A stretch of DNA of 64,000 bases, taken from positions 69,442,001 through 69,506,000 of the forward strand of contig NC_058368.1 of the NCBI RefSeq assembly GCF_018350175.1. The letters run 5' to 3'. This stretch comes from Felis catus (taxonomy: Eukaryota). Shown in pieces: positions 37,042-48,949 of the stretch (position 1 is the stretch's first letter; the number at the start of each line of letters is the position of its first letter). Both the position numbers and the translations under genes were made by a program. The notes under the pieces are model-generated. The model did no database searches. It saw only the letters and a program-made list of their open reading frames with translations, and was not told the origin of the DNA.

Positions 37042-38250
37042 TTTTTTTTTAAATATTTATTTTTGAGAGAGAGAGACAAGAGTGCAAGTGGGGAGGGGCA
37101 GTGAGAGAGGGGAACACAGAATCCGAAGCAGGTTCCAGGCTCCAAGCTGTCAGCACAGACTCTGACGTGGGGCTTGAACTCACCAGCCGTGAGATCATGA
37201 CCTGAGCGGAAGTCAGCCGCTTAACCAACTGAGCCACCCAGGCGCCCCTATTTTTTTTTTTTTAAATCAAGTTTGAGTAAAAGCGATTTTTCTTCTGTGT
37301 ACGGTTCTGTGAGTTTTACCACGTGCACCAGTGTGTGCGGCGACCGTGACCCTCACACTCAGGACAGGGACTGTGTCATTCAGCTCAAAAAATTCCCAAG
37401 TGTTGCCTCTTTGGACTCAACTTCCTGCTTCTCCAGCCACCGTTGACACTGATCTTTGCTCTGTCACTGTTGTTTGGTCTCTTCCAGAACATCGTATAAA
37501 AGGAATCACGGACTGTGTAACCCTTTGAGACTTTTCACTCCGCATGCTATCTTTGAGGTCTCTAAGCTGTTGGGAGCATTCAGGATTCTTTCACTTTTGC
37601 TGCCCAACTGTATTCCACTGTGTGGACGTATCCCAGTTTGTGTCGCCATTCGGTAGTCGAAGGACTTTCGGGTTGTTTCCAGTTGGGGGCGGTAGTGGCT
37701 ATAACCATGCAGCTGCTATAAACTTTCACTGTAGGTTTTGACGTGAACACAGTTTTGAATTCCCCTGGGCAAATACCCAGAAGCGGAATCCTCACCAGAC
37801 CCTGATATTGTCAACACTTTTTATCTTAGCCATTTTAATAGACATGTAGCAGTATCTCAGCATGGTTATGTTTATTTATTTATTTTTTTAAACAAAATAT
37901 GCCCCAAACACACCTTTAAAAGACCTGGCTAAATGGTTTCCTAGACTCCCCAGCACAGGTTTAATGAACCCTGTTAGCTGCCTATTGTGTGAAAGGGTAG
38001 ATCAACAAGAATAATTGTGTATCTAAAATCTTAGTCCCGGGGGGCCTGGGTGGCTCGGTAGGTTAAGCATCCAACTCTTGGCTTTCTTTGGCTCAAGTCA
38101 TGATCTCCCAGTTCGTGAGTTCGAGTTTCATGTAGGGCTCCGCGCTGACAGCTCGGTGCCTGCTTGGGATTCTCTGTCTCTCCCTCCCTCTCTCTCTGCC
38201 CCTCCCCCACACTGTCTCTCTAAAAATGAATAAATTAAAAAAAAAAAAAA
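37042..38250. mobile_element. Can-SINE (- 37042-37248), old L1M fragment (- ~37270-37870), Can-SINE (+ 38039-38250)
   Basis: SINE heads and tails; L1 3' motifs. Confidence 0.8.
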
Positions 38251-38459
38251 CAACAACAACACCTGAGTCCCAGAATGGAACAATGCCAGCAAGAAATAGA
38301 TGTAAGATGTCAGTTCTGGTGGTGCTTTTCTCAGAGACCTGATAGGGTATATAGCTTTGATTTCAGTAACTATTTTGAGTGATACTAATTAAAAGATAAA
38401 GTTACAGAAGCTCCTGAATGACAGTGTAGATATGGAGAAAAGAACGCAGGCTTGAGGCA

Positions 38460-38897
38460 TGTATTAATTATCTATTGCTGCATGACAAATTCCTTTCAAA
38501 TTGAATGACTTAGATCACTAGTAAGTATTTATTGTCTTGCATAGTTTCTGCAGATCAGGACTTTGGGAGTGGTTTAGATGGGCAGTTTCTGTCCACTTCT
38601 TTGCAGCAAAGATGTCAACTGGGGCTTTAGGGTCCGCTTCCAAGGACCCCTGTAGGCTCCTTGGGTAGGATGCTTGAGTGACCTCACAATATGGCGGCTA
38701 GCTTCTTTCAGAGTGAGTGACTTATGAGGAGGCCAAGGTACATGCTGCCATGACTTTTATGACGTAGGGTTTTGAAGTCATTAATTGTCACTTCCACAGT
38801 AGTTTTTGTCACACAGGCCAGCTGTGATTCAGAGGGAGGGGACTATAGAAAGGTTTGGATGCCAGGAGGTAAGGATCATTGGAAGCTGGCTACCATA
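38460..38897 (-). mobile_element. MLT1G/H-like LTR
   Basis: TGTATTAATTATCTATTGCTGCATGACAAAT ... GGAAGCTGGCTACCA. Confidence 0.7.
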
Positions 38898-39008
38898 GCA
38901 CGTGAAGGACCTATGTTCAAATCCTAGCTCTGCCATTCAGACATTGTGTGGTCTGGAGCAAGTCTTTTAGTTTCTGACTCTCAGTTCCCTGTCATATTTT
39001 AATACCTA

Positions 39009-39073
39009 TTGAGCTATAAATCACAGATTTTAAATAACTTGCTTGTAAAAAGTCTTGGTGATCAGCATTTTTT
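39009..39073 (+). repeat. Copy B of the ~65-bp dispersed direct repeat
   Basis: Aligns to 36820-36883. Confidence 0.85.
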
Positions 39074-39109
39074 AGAATTTGGCATTTCTTTTGGGATTTG
39101 GAGATAATA

Positions 39110-39428
39110 CAGTTGACCCTTTAACAACATGGGTTTGAACTGTGTGCGTCCACTTACACATAGAGTTTTGTCCATAAATACAGTACTTTATATTTCCTCT
39201 TATGATTTTCTCAGTAACATTTTCTTTTCTCTAGCTTGTTGTATTGTAAGAATACAATACATAACATGGCTGACAAAATATGTGTTAGTTGGCTGTTTAT
39301 GTCATTGGTAAGTCTTCCAGTCAACAGTAGGTGATTAGTGGTTAAGTTTTTGGGGAGTCAAAAGTTATACATCGATTTTTGCCTGTGTGGTCGGTACCCC
39401 AACCTCCACGTTGTTCAACAGTCAACTG
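39110..39428. mobile_element. Complete Tigger2a-like non-autonomous TcMar element
   Basis: TIRs CAGTTGACCCTTTAACAAC / GTTGTTCAACAGTCAACTG with TA duplications on both sides. Confidence 0.88.
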
Positions 39429-39528
39429 TATATAAAAAGGGACTGCCTGGTGATTTATAAAAAGCTTATGACATCGTAGGTATTATTTGTATTATTGAAC
39501 TATGAAGCTTTAAATCTTAACTGTGTAG

Positions 39529-39745
39529 GAGGCAAAGAGAAGAGACTCTTAAATATGGAAAACAAACTGAGGGTTCCTGGCGGGGAGGTGGGTGGGTGGG
39601 GTGCACTATATGGGTGATGGACATTGAGGAGGGCACTTGTTGGGATGAGCCCTGAGTATTATATGTAAGTGATGAATTACTAAATTCTACTCCTGAAACC
39701 ATTGTTACTCTGTATGTTAAGTCGCTTGGAGTTAAACAAACAAAA
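39529..39745 (+). mobile_element. Very short 5'-truncated carnivore L1 (3'UTR only)
   Basis: Similar to the L1 3'UTR at 19160-19280; TSD AAATCTTAACYGTGYAG at 39512-39528 and 39746-39762. Confidence 0.88.
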
Positions 39746-40559
39746 AAATCTTAACCGTGCAGAACATATCAACAAAGACAAACGCATTAGGTAATAAAAA
39801 CTTCCTTTTAAGAAAAGGTATTGGTCACAGCTCCATTCACACTTATATTCTACATATGTTGAAAACTTTTTTCCTTTCCTTTTTTTCCCAGTCATTGTGA
39901 AATAGTGAAGACCAAATTCATCATCTAGTCTCGCTCTCTGTTTTGTTTGTAGTGATACCCCCAGTGAGAAATATATTACTAGTGGTCCACCATGTGTGCT
40001 GCAAGGACTCGGGGACCTTTGTGATGAGTTTAGGGCTGTCTGGAGGGCAGGTGTCAAGGATAAGCTCGTTACATCTCTGCCTCTTTGTAGAGTTTTTAGA
40101 AAATGCTTACTTGTAAAAGTAATTTAAAAATACATAAATCAGCACGCTTTGACTTTATTGGAATAGTCCAGAAAGCTTTCCTGTTCAAAGTGATCGTGAT
40201 GTGGGATAGCCTACCTGTTTCGCTGTCACCGAAAAGAAGGTGACTGAACGAATTCTGGTGTCTTGGCCTCCTTTTCTGTTCCCACCTCCTTTATTTCACC
40301 CTCCCCCTGGACTGCCCCTAAATCCAGCCACAGGAGCCCTCCTGTCTCGCACCCTCTCACCTCCACATCTGCTGATTCCTCAGCTTGGAAGGCAAGGGCT
40401 CTCTACCCAGTTCTCCCATTAGACGTCCACCCAGTCCCTACCCACTCCCTTTCAGAAGCCTTTCTAAGGCTTAGGTCTCCTCCTAGGGGCTCACCTGGAC
40501 CCTCTGTCTCTACAGTGTGTTTTTTGTCTTCCCTACTCATTTTATCACTGGAGCACTGA

Positions 40560-40999
40560 TTTTTATTGAGCGCTTCTGAGTCTCAGGCTGAGTCCTAAGT
40601 GCTTTAGGTATACAGACTCATTTAACCATCCCAACTGCCCTCATGTTTAATCCCCATTTTATATGAGGAAACTGAAGCACAGAGAGTTAGATGACTTGCT
40701 GGAAGGTCATACAGCTTATTGGCCGAGGAAGAAGCTCAGGAAGTCTTTTCCCACTTGTGGGAGAGCCCCTTCTACTGAAGTATTTTTTTTTTTTAATTTT
40801 TACATGTTTATTTTTGAGAGAGAGAGACAGAGAGTGAGTGGGGGAGTGGCAGGAAGAGAGGGAGACACAGAATCTGAAGCAGGCTCCAGGCTCTGAGCTG
40901 TCAGCACACAACCCGATGCGGGGCTTGAACCCATGAACCATGAGATCATGACATGAGCTGAAGCTGGACGCTTAACCAACTGAGCCACCCAGGCGCCCC
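40560..40999 (-). mobile_element. MIR (40560-40720) and Can-SINE (40784-40999)
   Basis: CCCCATTTTATATGAGGAAACTGAAGCACAGAGAG; SINE TSD CTTCTACTGAA-like. Confidence 0.85.
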
Positions 41000-41314
41000 T
41001 CTACTGAACTATTTTACACCTCTGCATTCCCAGTGCCTAACAAAGTGCTGGGAACTTGGTAGGCGCACAATAAATACTTGCTGACGCTTAACTCTTTTAA
41101 GAAGCAAATTTTGTGACAGATAATTTCTTATATTTCTTTGTAAAATGTCCCTCTCCTAGCCTTCTGCAGGATGATGGGGTTCTGAGTTTATATCTTATGC
41201 TATTCATCAACATTCTTGTGTCTGGTCACTTACCTCTTTTTTAATTATACACTTAGTTTGCTACTTAGGGATGAGCACATATATGTAAACTTCTATGTAA
41301 GATCGATCGAGTAC

Positions 41315-41367
<53 letters not shown>
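41315..41367. repeat. (TATC)n tetranucleotide microsatellite
   Basis: Seen directly. Confidence 0.97.
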
Positions 41368-42619
41368 CGCGTTTATATATACTTATGTGCATTGAGAAAG
41401 GGTTTTTTACTCATGATGTTTTTCTTTGGATAGGACTGACATGAGTGTTTTTTTTTTTCCTTTGAACTTTCTGTGCTTTGTAAATTTCCCAGTACTACAT
41501 TCTTACTGCTTTGATAATTATCCAGTCATGCTATTTAAAATGAGAAAAGTAAACTATTTTTCAGAGATGCGAAGAGAGGAAAAGTTTTAAGACTTTTTTC
41601 TGCACCTTAAACAGAGCCTGCCCACATATGTGAACGTGTGAGGCATGCTTTGGGCATTATACATCTTCCCCTGTTGTATTATTGAAACCATCTCCCTGAA
41701 TATTGTGTTCTTCCTAGTGCTTCCAAGGCATAACAAAGAAATATAGGTGCTCATGACACTTGGGTGAGAGATGGTGATTGACAGGTGTTTCTTTATTTGT
41801 GGTGTGGAAGTTCAAGGTTGTCTGAGGTCTGTGGTCCTGGTCATGGGATGCTTTTATTTTGGAGATAGAATAATTCATAAGGATGAACTCAGACTCTAGA
41901 CTTTGAGAGTCTGAGAACAGTTATAATAATAATCCCAAGGTCACATACATAAATCCCAGAGTCAGCATTACCAGGTCCAAAGTCGGTGGTAAGGTTCACT
42001 GCCTCTGGCAGCACAACAGTGACTGGGAACAAGTTGCTTCTTCCAGGCTCAAAGGTAGATTAGCAAGGAATGAAGGGAATAAGAAATTGTCCTTGGGGGT
42101 TGATTTCCTTTTATTTAAAAATGGCCATGCTTTGTTGTAGGAAGAAAAACTCTTGAGAAACACAGAGGTTGTTTTGTTTTCTAGTCATGCCAGGCTGTTG
42201 GGGTATCACCTACCTGCCTGTTTATCCTGGAGTTGACCCATGGAGGCGGGGGGGGGGTGTGTGTTTGGGGGTGAGGTGTGGGGTGAGCACTGTTCTAGGT
42301 CTCCATCCCCACCCCTCCCCCATTCTCTTCCTTGCCTCCACCCTCCCCCACCTCCCCCACTGATTCAGTGCTGGGGTTGGTCTTCCGTTCTGAAGAGGGA
42401 AAGGACAAGAAGAAAAGATTGTCTTCAGGACTAGTAGGGAAACCGCAATAACCTGTCAAATCCATTTCCTGAAAGTTGCTTGAAAGTCTACTGTATGATC
42501 TCTTAGCACACGGGAAACACGTTGTGGCTTCTCCTTGGAGTCCAGGTACGTGGTGTGAGGCTGTAGGACTGCCAGCTTCATACTGGGTCCTGTGCTGCTG
42601 GACAGTGGGAGTGGCACTT

Positions 42620-42775
42620 TGCATTTATTTTTACTTGATCATTTATTCAGTGAGGAAGGTATTATTTCCATTTTACAGAAGAGGAAACTGAGACCTAGAT
42701 GATTGGGTAACGAGCCCAAGGTCACCCAGCTAGCTAATCGGCCAAATGAGGTTTTCCTAAAGTCCATACTCTTCT
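42620..42775 (-). mobile_element. MIR
   Basis: CCATTTTACAGAAGAGGAAACTGAG ... CCCAAGGTCACCCAGCTAG. Confidence 0.8.
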
Positions 42776-42837
42776 AAGTGGCCCAGATTGGGATCTTCCC
42801 ATAGTACAGCTCTAACTGAGCCCACCAGAACCGGGGT

Positions 42838-43495
42838 CAGGGCAGATAGATCCTGTGAGTTCAGGGTCAAGTCCTGCCTTTATTTTAAAATTGTGATGTG
42901 TTGTTCATTGTAAATTTTTAAAAATTACTTTTGGTTTTTAAAAATAGTCACTGAAGGGATGCCTGGGGACTCAGTTAAGCATCTTGACTCTTGATTTTTG
43001 GCTCAGGTCATGATCTCAAGGTTTGTGAGTTTCAGCTCCATTTCGGGGTCTGTGCTGATAGTGTGGAGCCTGCTTGAGATCCTCTCTCTTCTTCTCTCTC
43101 TGTCTCTCCCCTGCCTGCTCTGTCTGTCTCTCTCTTTCTCTCAAAAGTAAATAAACTTTAAAAAAAATTCATCACTGGAGCACCTGGGTGGCTCAGTTAG
43201 TTAAGCATCTGGCTTTGGCTCAGGTCATGATCTCATGCTTTGTGGGTTCAAGCCCTGCATCGGGATCTGTGCAGACAGCCTGGAGCCTGCTTGGGATTCT
43301 GTGTCTCCCTCTCTCTCTGCCCTCTCCCACTTGCACTCTGTTTCTCTCTTTCTCAAAAATAAACATTAAAAAAATTAAAAAAACAAAAAAACAGTCACTA
43401 AAAATGATCATCTTAATTACTGAGTTGTCTTGGTGCCCCCTTAAATTTTGCACCCACGGTGAGTGCCTCCCTTGTCTCTCCCGAGTTTCGTCTGG
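42838..43495. mobile_element. MER96-like hAT element interrupted by two tandem + Can-SINEs (42956-43167, 43177-43390)
   Basis: End GGTGCCCCCTTAAATTTTGCACCC...GAGTGCCTC; target-like AAAATAGTCACT / AAAACAGTCACT around the SINEs. Confidence 0.6.
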
Positions 43496-44105
43496 ACTTA
43501 GCAGGCACTTCCGGAGACAGAATGATGACAGCAGCCACCAGAGGAATTTCATCATTGTTTCAGCATTGTAATACAAGTTTTTTTTCCTTCAAGGAATTGG
43601 GGGGGATGAGTCACAGTCGTATTGACATATCTCGGCGTCACCTTTGAAGATGCTGCTCTGCCTCTGATAGACACAGTCGTCGGTACCAGGGGTTACTTAC
43701 AGCCGTTCAGCTTTGAGAAATTGAAACTCAGGTCTGATGAAAACCTGTTAGAGTCACCGGTGGCTGGTGTTTTGTAGCTGGGTTCTAATGTTTGGGGGTG
43801 GGAAGGAGGAGTTCATTTGTCAAACTGAAGCCACATAATAAAGGAGCCGTGGAAGAAGGCTTTCCCTGAATGCTGATGCCAGCCCTCTGGCGGGTGGGTG
43901 CTTTTGGCCTCATGTCAGGGTCTGGGGATCACGGGGCTGCACTGTGGGCCAGACTGCTGCATCTCGCCTGCATTGGGTGGCCTGGGTGTCCTGAATAGAT
44001 CACAAGGCTAGCCTCGTGTATTTCACGTGGGAATTGGCCGTGTTTCATGAAGTCTTTTTTTTTAAATTAAACATTAAAAAATAACCTTGTTTCTTGTGTG
44101 TGTGC

Positions 44106-45045
44106 TTTTTTTTTTTTTTTTAAGAGAGAGCTTGAGCAGGGGAGGGGCAGAGAGAGGGGGACAGAGGATCCAAAGCGGGCTCTGTGCTGACCTCAGAGAG
44201 CCCAATGCAGGGTTTGAACTCACCATAAATCCTGACCTGAGCTGAAGTTGGTAGCTTAACCAGCTGAGCCACCCAGATGCCCCCATGAGCCTTTTTTAAA
44301 TTGCAAAAATAATAGGGTCATGGTAGAAACTTTGAAAAGTAGTCTGACCAAAACACACACCCAGATTGCTTTCTTCTTTATTTTTGCTTTATTTAGGGTT
44401 TTTTTTTTTTTTGCTTTAATTAAAAAAAAAACTTAAAGTTTTTTAAAGTTTATTTTGAGAGAGAGAGAGTGCACGCACAAGCAGAAGGAGGGAGCAGCAG
44501 AGAGGAGAGACAATCCCAAGCAGGCTCCACACCATCAATGCAGAGCCCGGTGTGGGACTCGATCTTGCAGACTGAGATCATGACCTCAGCTGAGATCAAG
44601 AGTCTGACGCTTAACTGACTGCACTACCCAGGTGCCCCCAAAACTTTGCTTTTTAGAGCGGTCTTAGGTTCACAGCAAAATGGAACAGAAAGTACAGAGG
44701 GTTCCTATATATACGCCTTGTCCCCCTGTACCCCTGTTATCAACTTCTAGCATTTTCCTTAATGTTTACTTTCTTTCATATTACATATGTTTTATGAATT
44801 TCTCCCCCTCAGTCTTGCTTCAGTAATTGTTAAACTAATATGATTAAGGTAAAAGGTCTTGTGAGGTCATTTCCTGTTGACCTTGCCTCTGAGGAATGTA
44901 GCTGAGCTCACAGTGTGGAGGGGGAGGTCCCCAGACCACTTGCTCTTTGAATATTTACCATGTGGATATTTCCCAGAATGTGCTTAGAAGGATTTAGGGG
45001 CTATGAAGACTGTCCCTCCTGTGTCTTTTATCATTGTTGTTTTTG

Positions 45046-45076
<31 letters not shown>

Positions 45077-47543
45077 TGTTTTTAATGGCATTTGAGGGAG
45101 GGGGTCTGGAATCTACTTTCCATTAGAAGCGTTTAGCCTTTCTCATGAGGTAGAAAATAGAACTGTGGCAGGAGTGTTTCCAGAACAGTCTTGAGTGTCA
45201 AAGGAAACACCTAACTCTGAAGGATGCTTCTGGCAGTTAATACTCCCGGGGGGCAAGCCTGTCTGACAGCTGGGGGTTGCAAAGTGGTGTGGGATTTCCA
45301 AGAGGGGGATGTGTGAGGAGTGGGAACACGTTTGCCTTCTCGGTGAGGGTGCGCTGGGAAAAAAGCGTCTTTCTCTAGTGAGTAGACGCTGGCTTCTTTT
45401 GTTCACTTCTGTGTAACTGCTGCCTAGCACTGGCCATGGCCCATCGTCAGTGGTCATTAAGCTGAATGAAGGAACTGAGACCCCCTTTGGGGCTTCTTGG
45501 TAAAAAATTACCTTGGACCTCTCAAACCTGAGCCGACTGACTTCATCCACTGTTTCGCCCACATGGCTGTAAAAGCCTTGGATTTATGGTCCCAAATTGA
45601 TAGTACATCTAAATTTATTCATCACCCTGGCCCTCAGACACCTGTTTCTCCTGTAGAGTACCCGCCTTTAGCTTCTGGACTTCATTTCAGGCGCCATCAC
45701 ACCCAGGCCCGGCCCAGTTAGCCTCCTGTGAAGTTAGAGAATCCTTAACAATGTTCTAGGAATGGCTGAGGTGTCTTTTAGCTCAGGAGCTGGGGGATCT
45801 GAAAAACAAATGTCCACTTAGGGGAAGAAAGAGCTTACTTGGGGACCGTGATATCCTACTTTAGTGGCTTATAAATTGAATCCTTCTGATTACCCCTCTT
45901 TAGGTGAATCCTGAATAAATTACTGGGTTGCTTGACTCTGAGTCATGCTGTTGCTGACAACTCCAATCGCACTTTGAATGAATGGTGCACCTACGAGCAT
46001 TTGAGATTATGGGGGAGAGGAGGGGGAAAACAAAAAGAATCAGGAAATTGGCATATGGGTATTTTACTTCTATTAATATTTGTCTGTTTGCAGGCCACCT
46101 TGGCCATTGTGGGGGGAGTATCGTTTGTTTGAAACACAGAGGCTGGTTGAACATCTGGACTCTGTTTCCCTGACATCCACTGGGCAGCATTTCAGGGAGT
46201 CTTGTTTTGAGAATGAAGAGAAGGGCTTTTTAATTTGAGACTGAAGGAGCCAGGAAGTCTGGGGTGCTCTTGGTGGGTTTACGCTGAAATCTCTCAATTC
46301 TTCCTAATTGCACCTCTTGGCTCTTTTGATTTGTGTTTGATTACACAACAGAGCCACACCTCCGTGGCCTTCGCTTCACAGGCGTTTTTTTTTTTTTTTT
46401 TTTAATTTTTTAACGTTTTATTTATTTTTGAGACAGGGAGAGACAGAGCATGAACAGGGAAGGGTCAGAGAGAGAGAGGGAGACACAGAATCTGAAACAG
46501 GCTCCAGGGTCTGAGCTGTCAGCACAGAGCCCGACGCGGGGCTCGAACTCACGGACCGTGAGATCATGACCTGAGCCCAAGTCAGCCGCTTAACTGACTG
46601 AGCCCCTCAGGCGCCTCCACAGGTGGTTTTACCTGCAACTCTGACTCTGGGGGAGGCATGATTAATCTTTTAGAGAGCTGAGATTTTTGCTTCATGTGAA
46701 ACAAGTGTCCTTAATAGTTTTAAGAGTTCTATAGCGTTCTTCATCGCTGTCACTTTAGCTTCCTCCTCTGTCCTACCTCACGTGTACCTTTTTGTGTGAG
46801 GGGAAGCCTCTCGCCGTCTCTCTGATGTAGATAGAGCCTGCCTGGCAGGCCGAGAGGTTCCCCAGACAGGACTGTCCGAAGCGAATGACACGCGTTTTGC
46901 TTAATCCTATCATTTATCTTCAAAATGCTATGAAGTTGAGTTTGATTTAAAAATCTTCTTTTGCTCGAGTTTGTGATATCGCTAACAATTGGTAAAATTG
47001 TACTGTGATGTGGCAGCCGTGTGGCTATTAAAGGAAAGGAAACGTTTTGTGAGGAACCGTTTTAAGGCGAACTGTGACTATTTTGAAGCGATGCCGTGAA
47101 CACACTACCTCGCATGTGGCCCGTCGTGCCTTGGTTTAAAAAACTTTTTTTAAATGTTTATTTTTGAGGGAGACAGAGTGCGCGCACATGCGAGTGAGCA
47201 GGGGAGGAGCAGAGAGAGAGAGGGTGGAAGGGGATCGGAAACAGGCTCTTCGAGAGAGCCCAACGTGGGGCTCGAACTCAGGAACTGTGAGATCATTGAC
47301 CTGAGCCGAAGTCCAACGCTGAACCGACCGAGCCGCCCGAGGTGCCCTGTGCCTTGGTTTTCAGTCCCAGTAATTCAGAGTTTATGGCAGTTTGAACTCG
47401 GTCAGGCCAAAGTTTTGTTTTGTTTTGCTTTTGTTTTTTTAAGATTTTACTTTTAAGTAATATCTGCACCCAGTGTGGGGCTCGAACTCCCAACCCCGAG
47501 ATCAGGAGTTGCAGGCTCTACTGACTAAGCCAGCTAGGCGCCC
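44106..47543 (-). mobile_element. Five dispersed minus-strand Can-SINEs (44106-44284, 44430-44639, 46385-46616, 47145-47347, 47430-47543)
   Basis: Heads and tails recognisable; TSD example GTGCCTTGGTTT. Confidence 0.88.
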
Positions 47544-47759
47544 TGAAGCTGAAGTTTGTTTTAACAGGATGCTATGGGGAAAAGGTTTGTTAATCAAATA
47601 GGAAAAATAAAGTTACATAAGGAAAGTTTATTCCCTTTAAGAGAAGAAACTTTTCCGATACTTGGGAAAGAATCATTCATGGTTCTACCCATTAAGACAG
47701 GCCCCGTAGGACCTTTTTGTGACAATCCCCCATCATTTAAAAGTAAAACGTTCAGAAAT

Positions 47760-48830
47760 GTTTTATGCATAGACATTTAACACAAATGGTCGCGTATACT
47801 ATGCTGTGTTGTATCTTGTTCGTTTCACTCCATACACTCTGAAGATGATTCCATATTAATACATACAGATCTGTCTCATTTTTTATTGGCATGTACTAGC
47901 CATTTTAGAGGGGTGTCTTCAGTTCCCTGTGAAGTTTCCCCGATGATAGACATTTAGGTTGTTTTAGATATTTTGGTCTTATAAACAGTGCTGCAGTGAG
48001 GATCGTTGGTGTCTCTGCGAGTATATCTGAAATAGAAATTCCTAGAAGTGGGATGTGTGTCAAAGGTATGTTTGTTTTCAAAATAGATAGATACGGCCAT
48101 ATTGCCCTCCAAGAGTTTATCCCCATTTGTTTGTTTTACTAACTCTTACATAGTGCTTACCATTGCTAGGAACTATTGTTATTGTTAGTAATAGTAACAA
48201 ATATTAACTTGTTTAATCCTCATAGCAACCCTTAGAGGTAACTCTCATGATCGCGGTTTTATAGATGAGGAAACTGAGGCCACAGAAATGATGTAATCTG
48301 CCCTAAGGCCGTGTCCAGTAAGTGGTGAGCCAGGATTTGAACCCAGGCGGTCTGGATCCAGAGTCCCCTCTTAACCATGGTGCTTAACTGCCTGTTACAG
48401 TGGGGAACCACAGTGATGTCAAATGTTTACATTTTTCCTAACCTGACTACTGAGATGTCAGGCTTTCTTAATTGTCATTCTGCATTTTTCTTACTAATAG
48501 TTGAGGCTGGACTTATTTTCACATGTAAACAAGCCATTTGGATTTTCTTTGCTGTCTATCCACGATCTGTTCCTACCTTTGCCCATTTTTCTAATAGGTT
48601 GCAAGTATTTTTCTTGTTGATTAGCAGGAGGTCTTTTGCATATGGAGAAGTTAGTCCTTAGTCAAATGCTTTGTCCTACTTTGTAGTTTCCTTTTTGGCT
48701 CTGTACTTTATCAGTCATTTCCTCCATGGTGTCTGGGATCTAGGTTATGTTTAGAGAGATCTTCCTCAATCTGAGAGCATTTAAAAAAATCTCATATTAG
48801 AACTTTATGGTTTTTTCAAAAAATTTATGT
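47760..48830 (-). mobile_element. Old L1ME-like fragment interrupted by a MIR (~48140-48390)
   Basis: GATAGACATTTAGGTTGTTTT; MIR TTTATAGATGAGGAAACTGAGGC ... GGATTTGAACCCAGGC. Confidence 0.75.
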
Positions 48831-48949
48831 TGGTTTAAAGAGTAGCATGGGATCCAACTTTATTTTTTTCTAATAACAGTCAGTGGTAATGACATGCAGG
48901 TATCCAAGAATAAAAAACAAACTCCCAGGAGATTAGTATTTGGGGTCAT

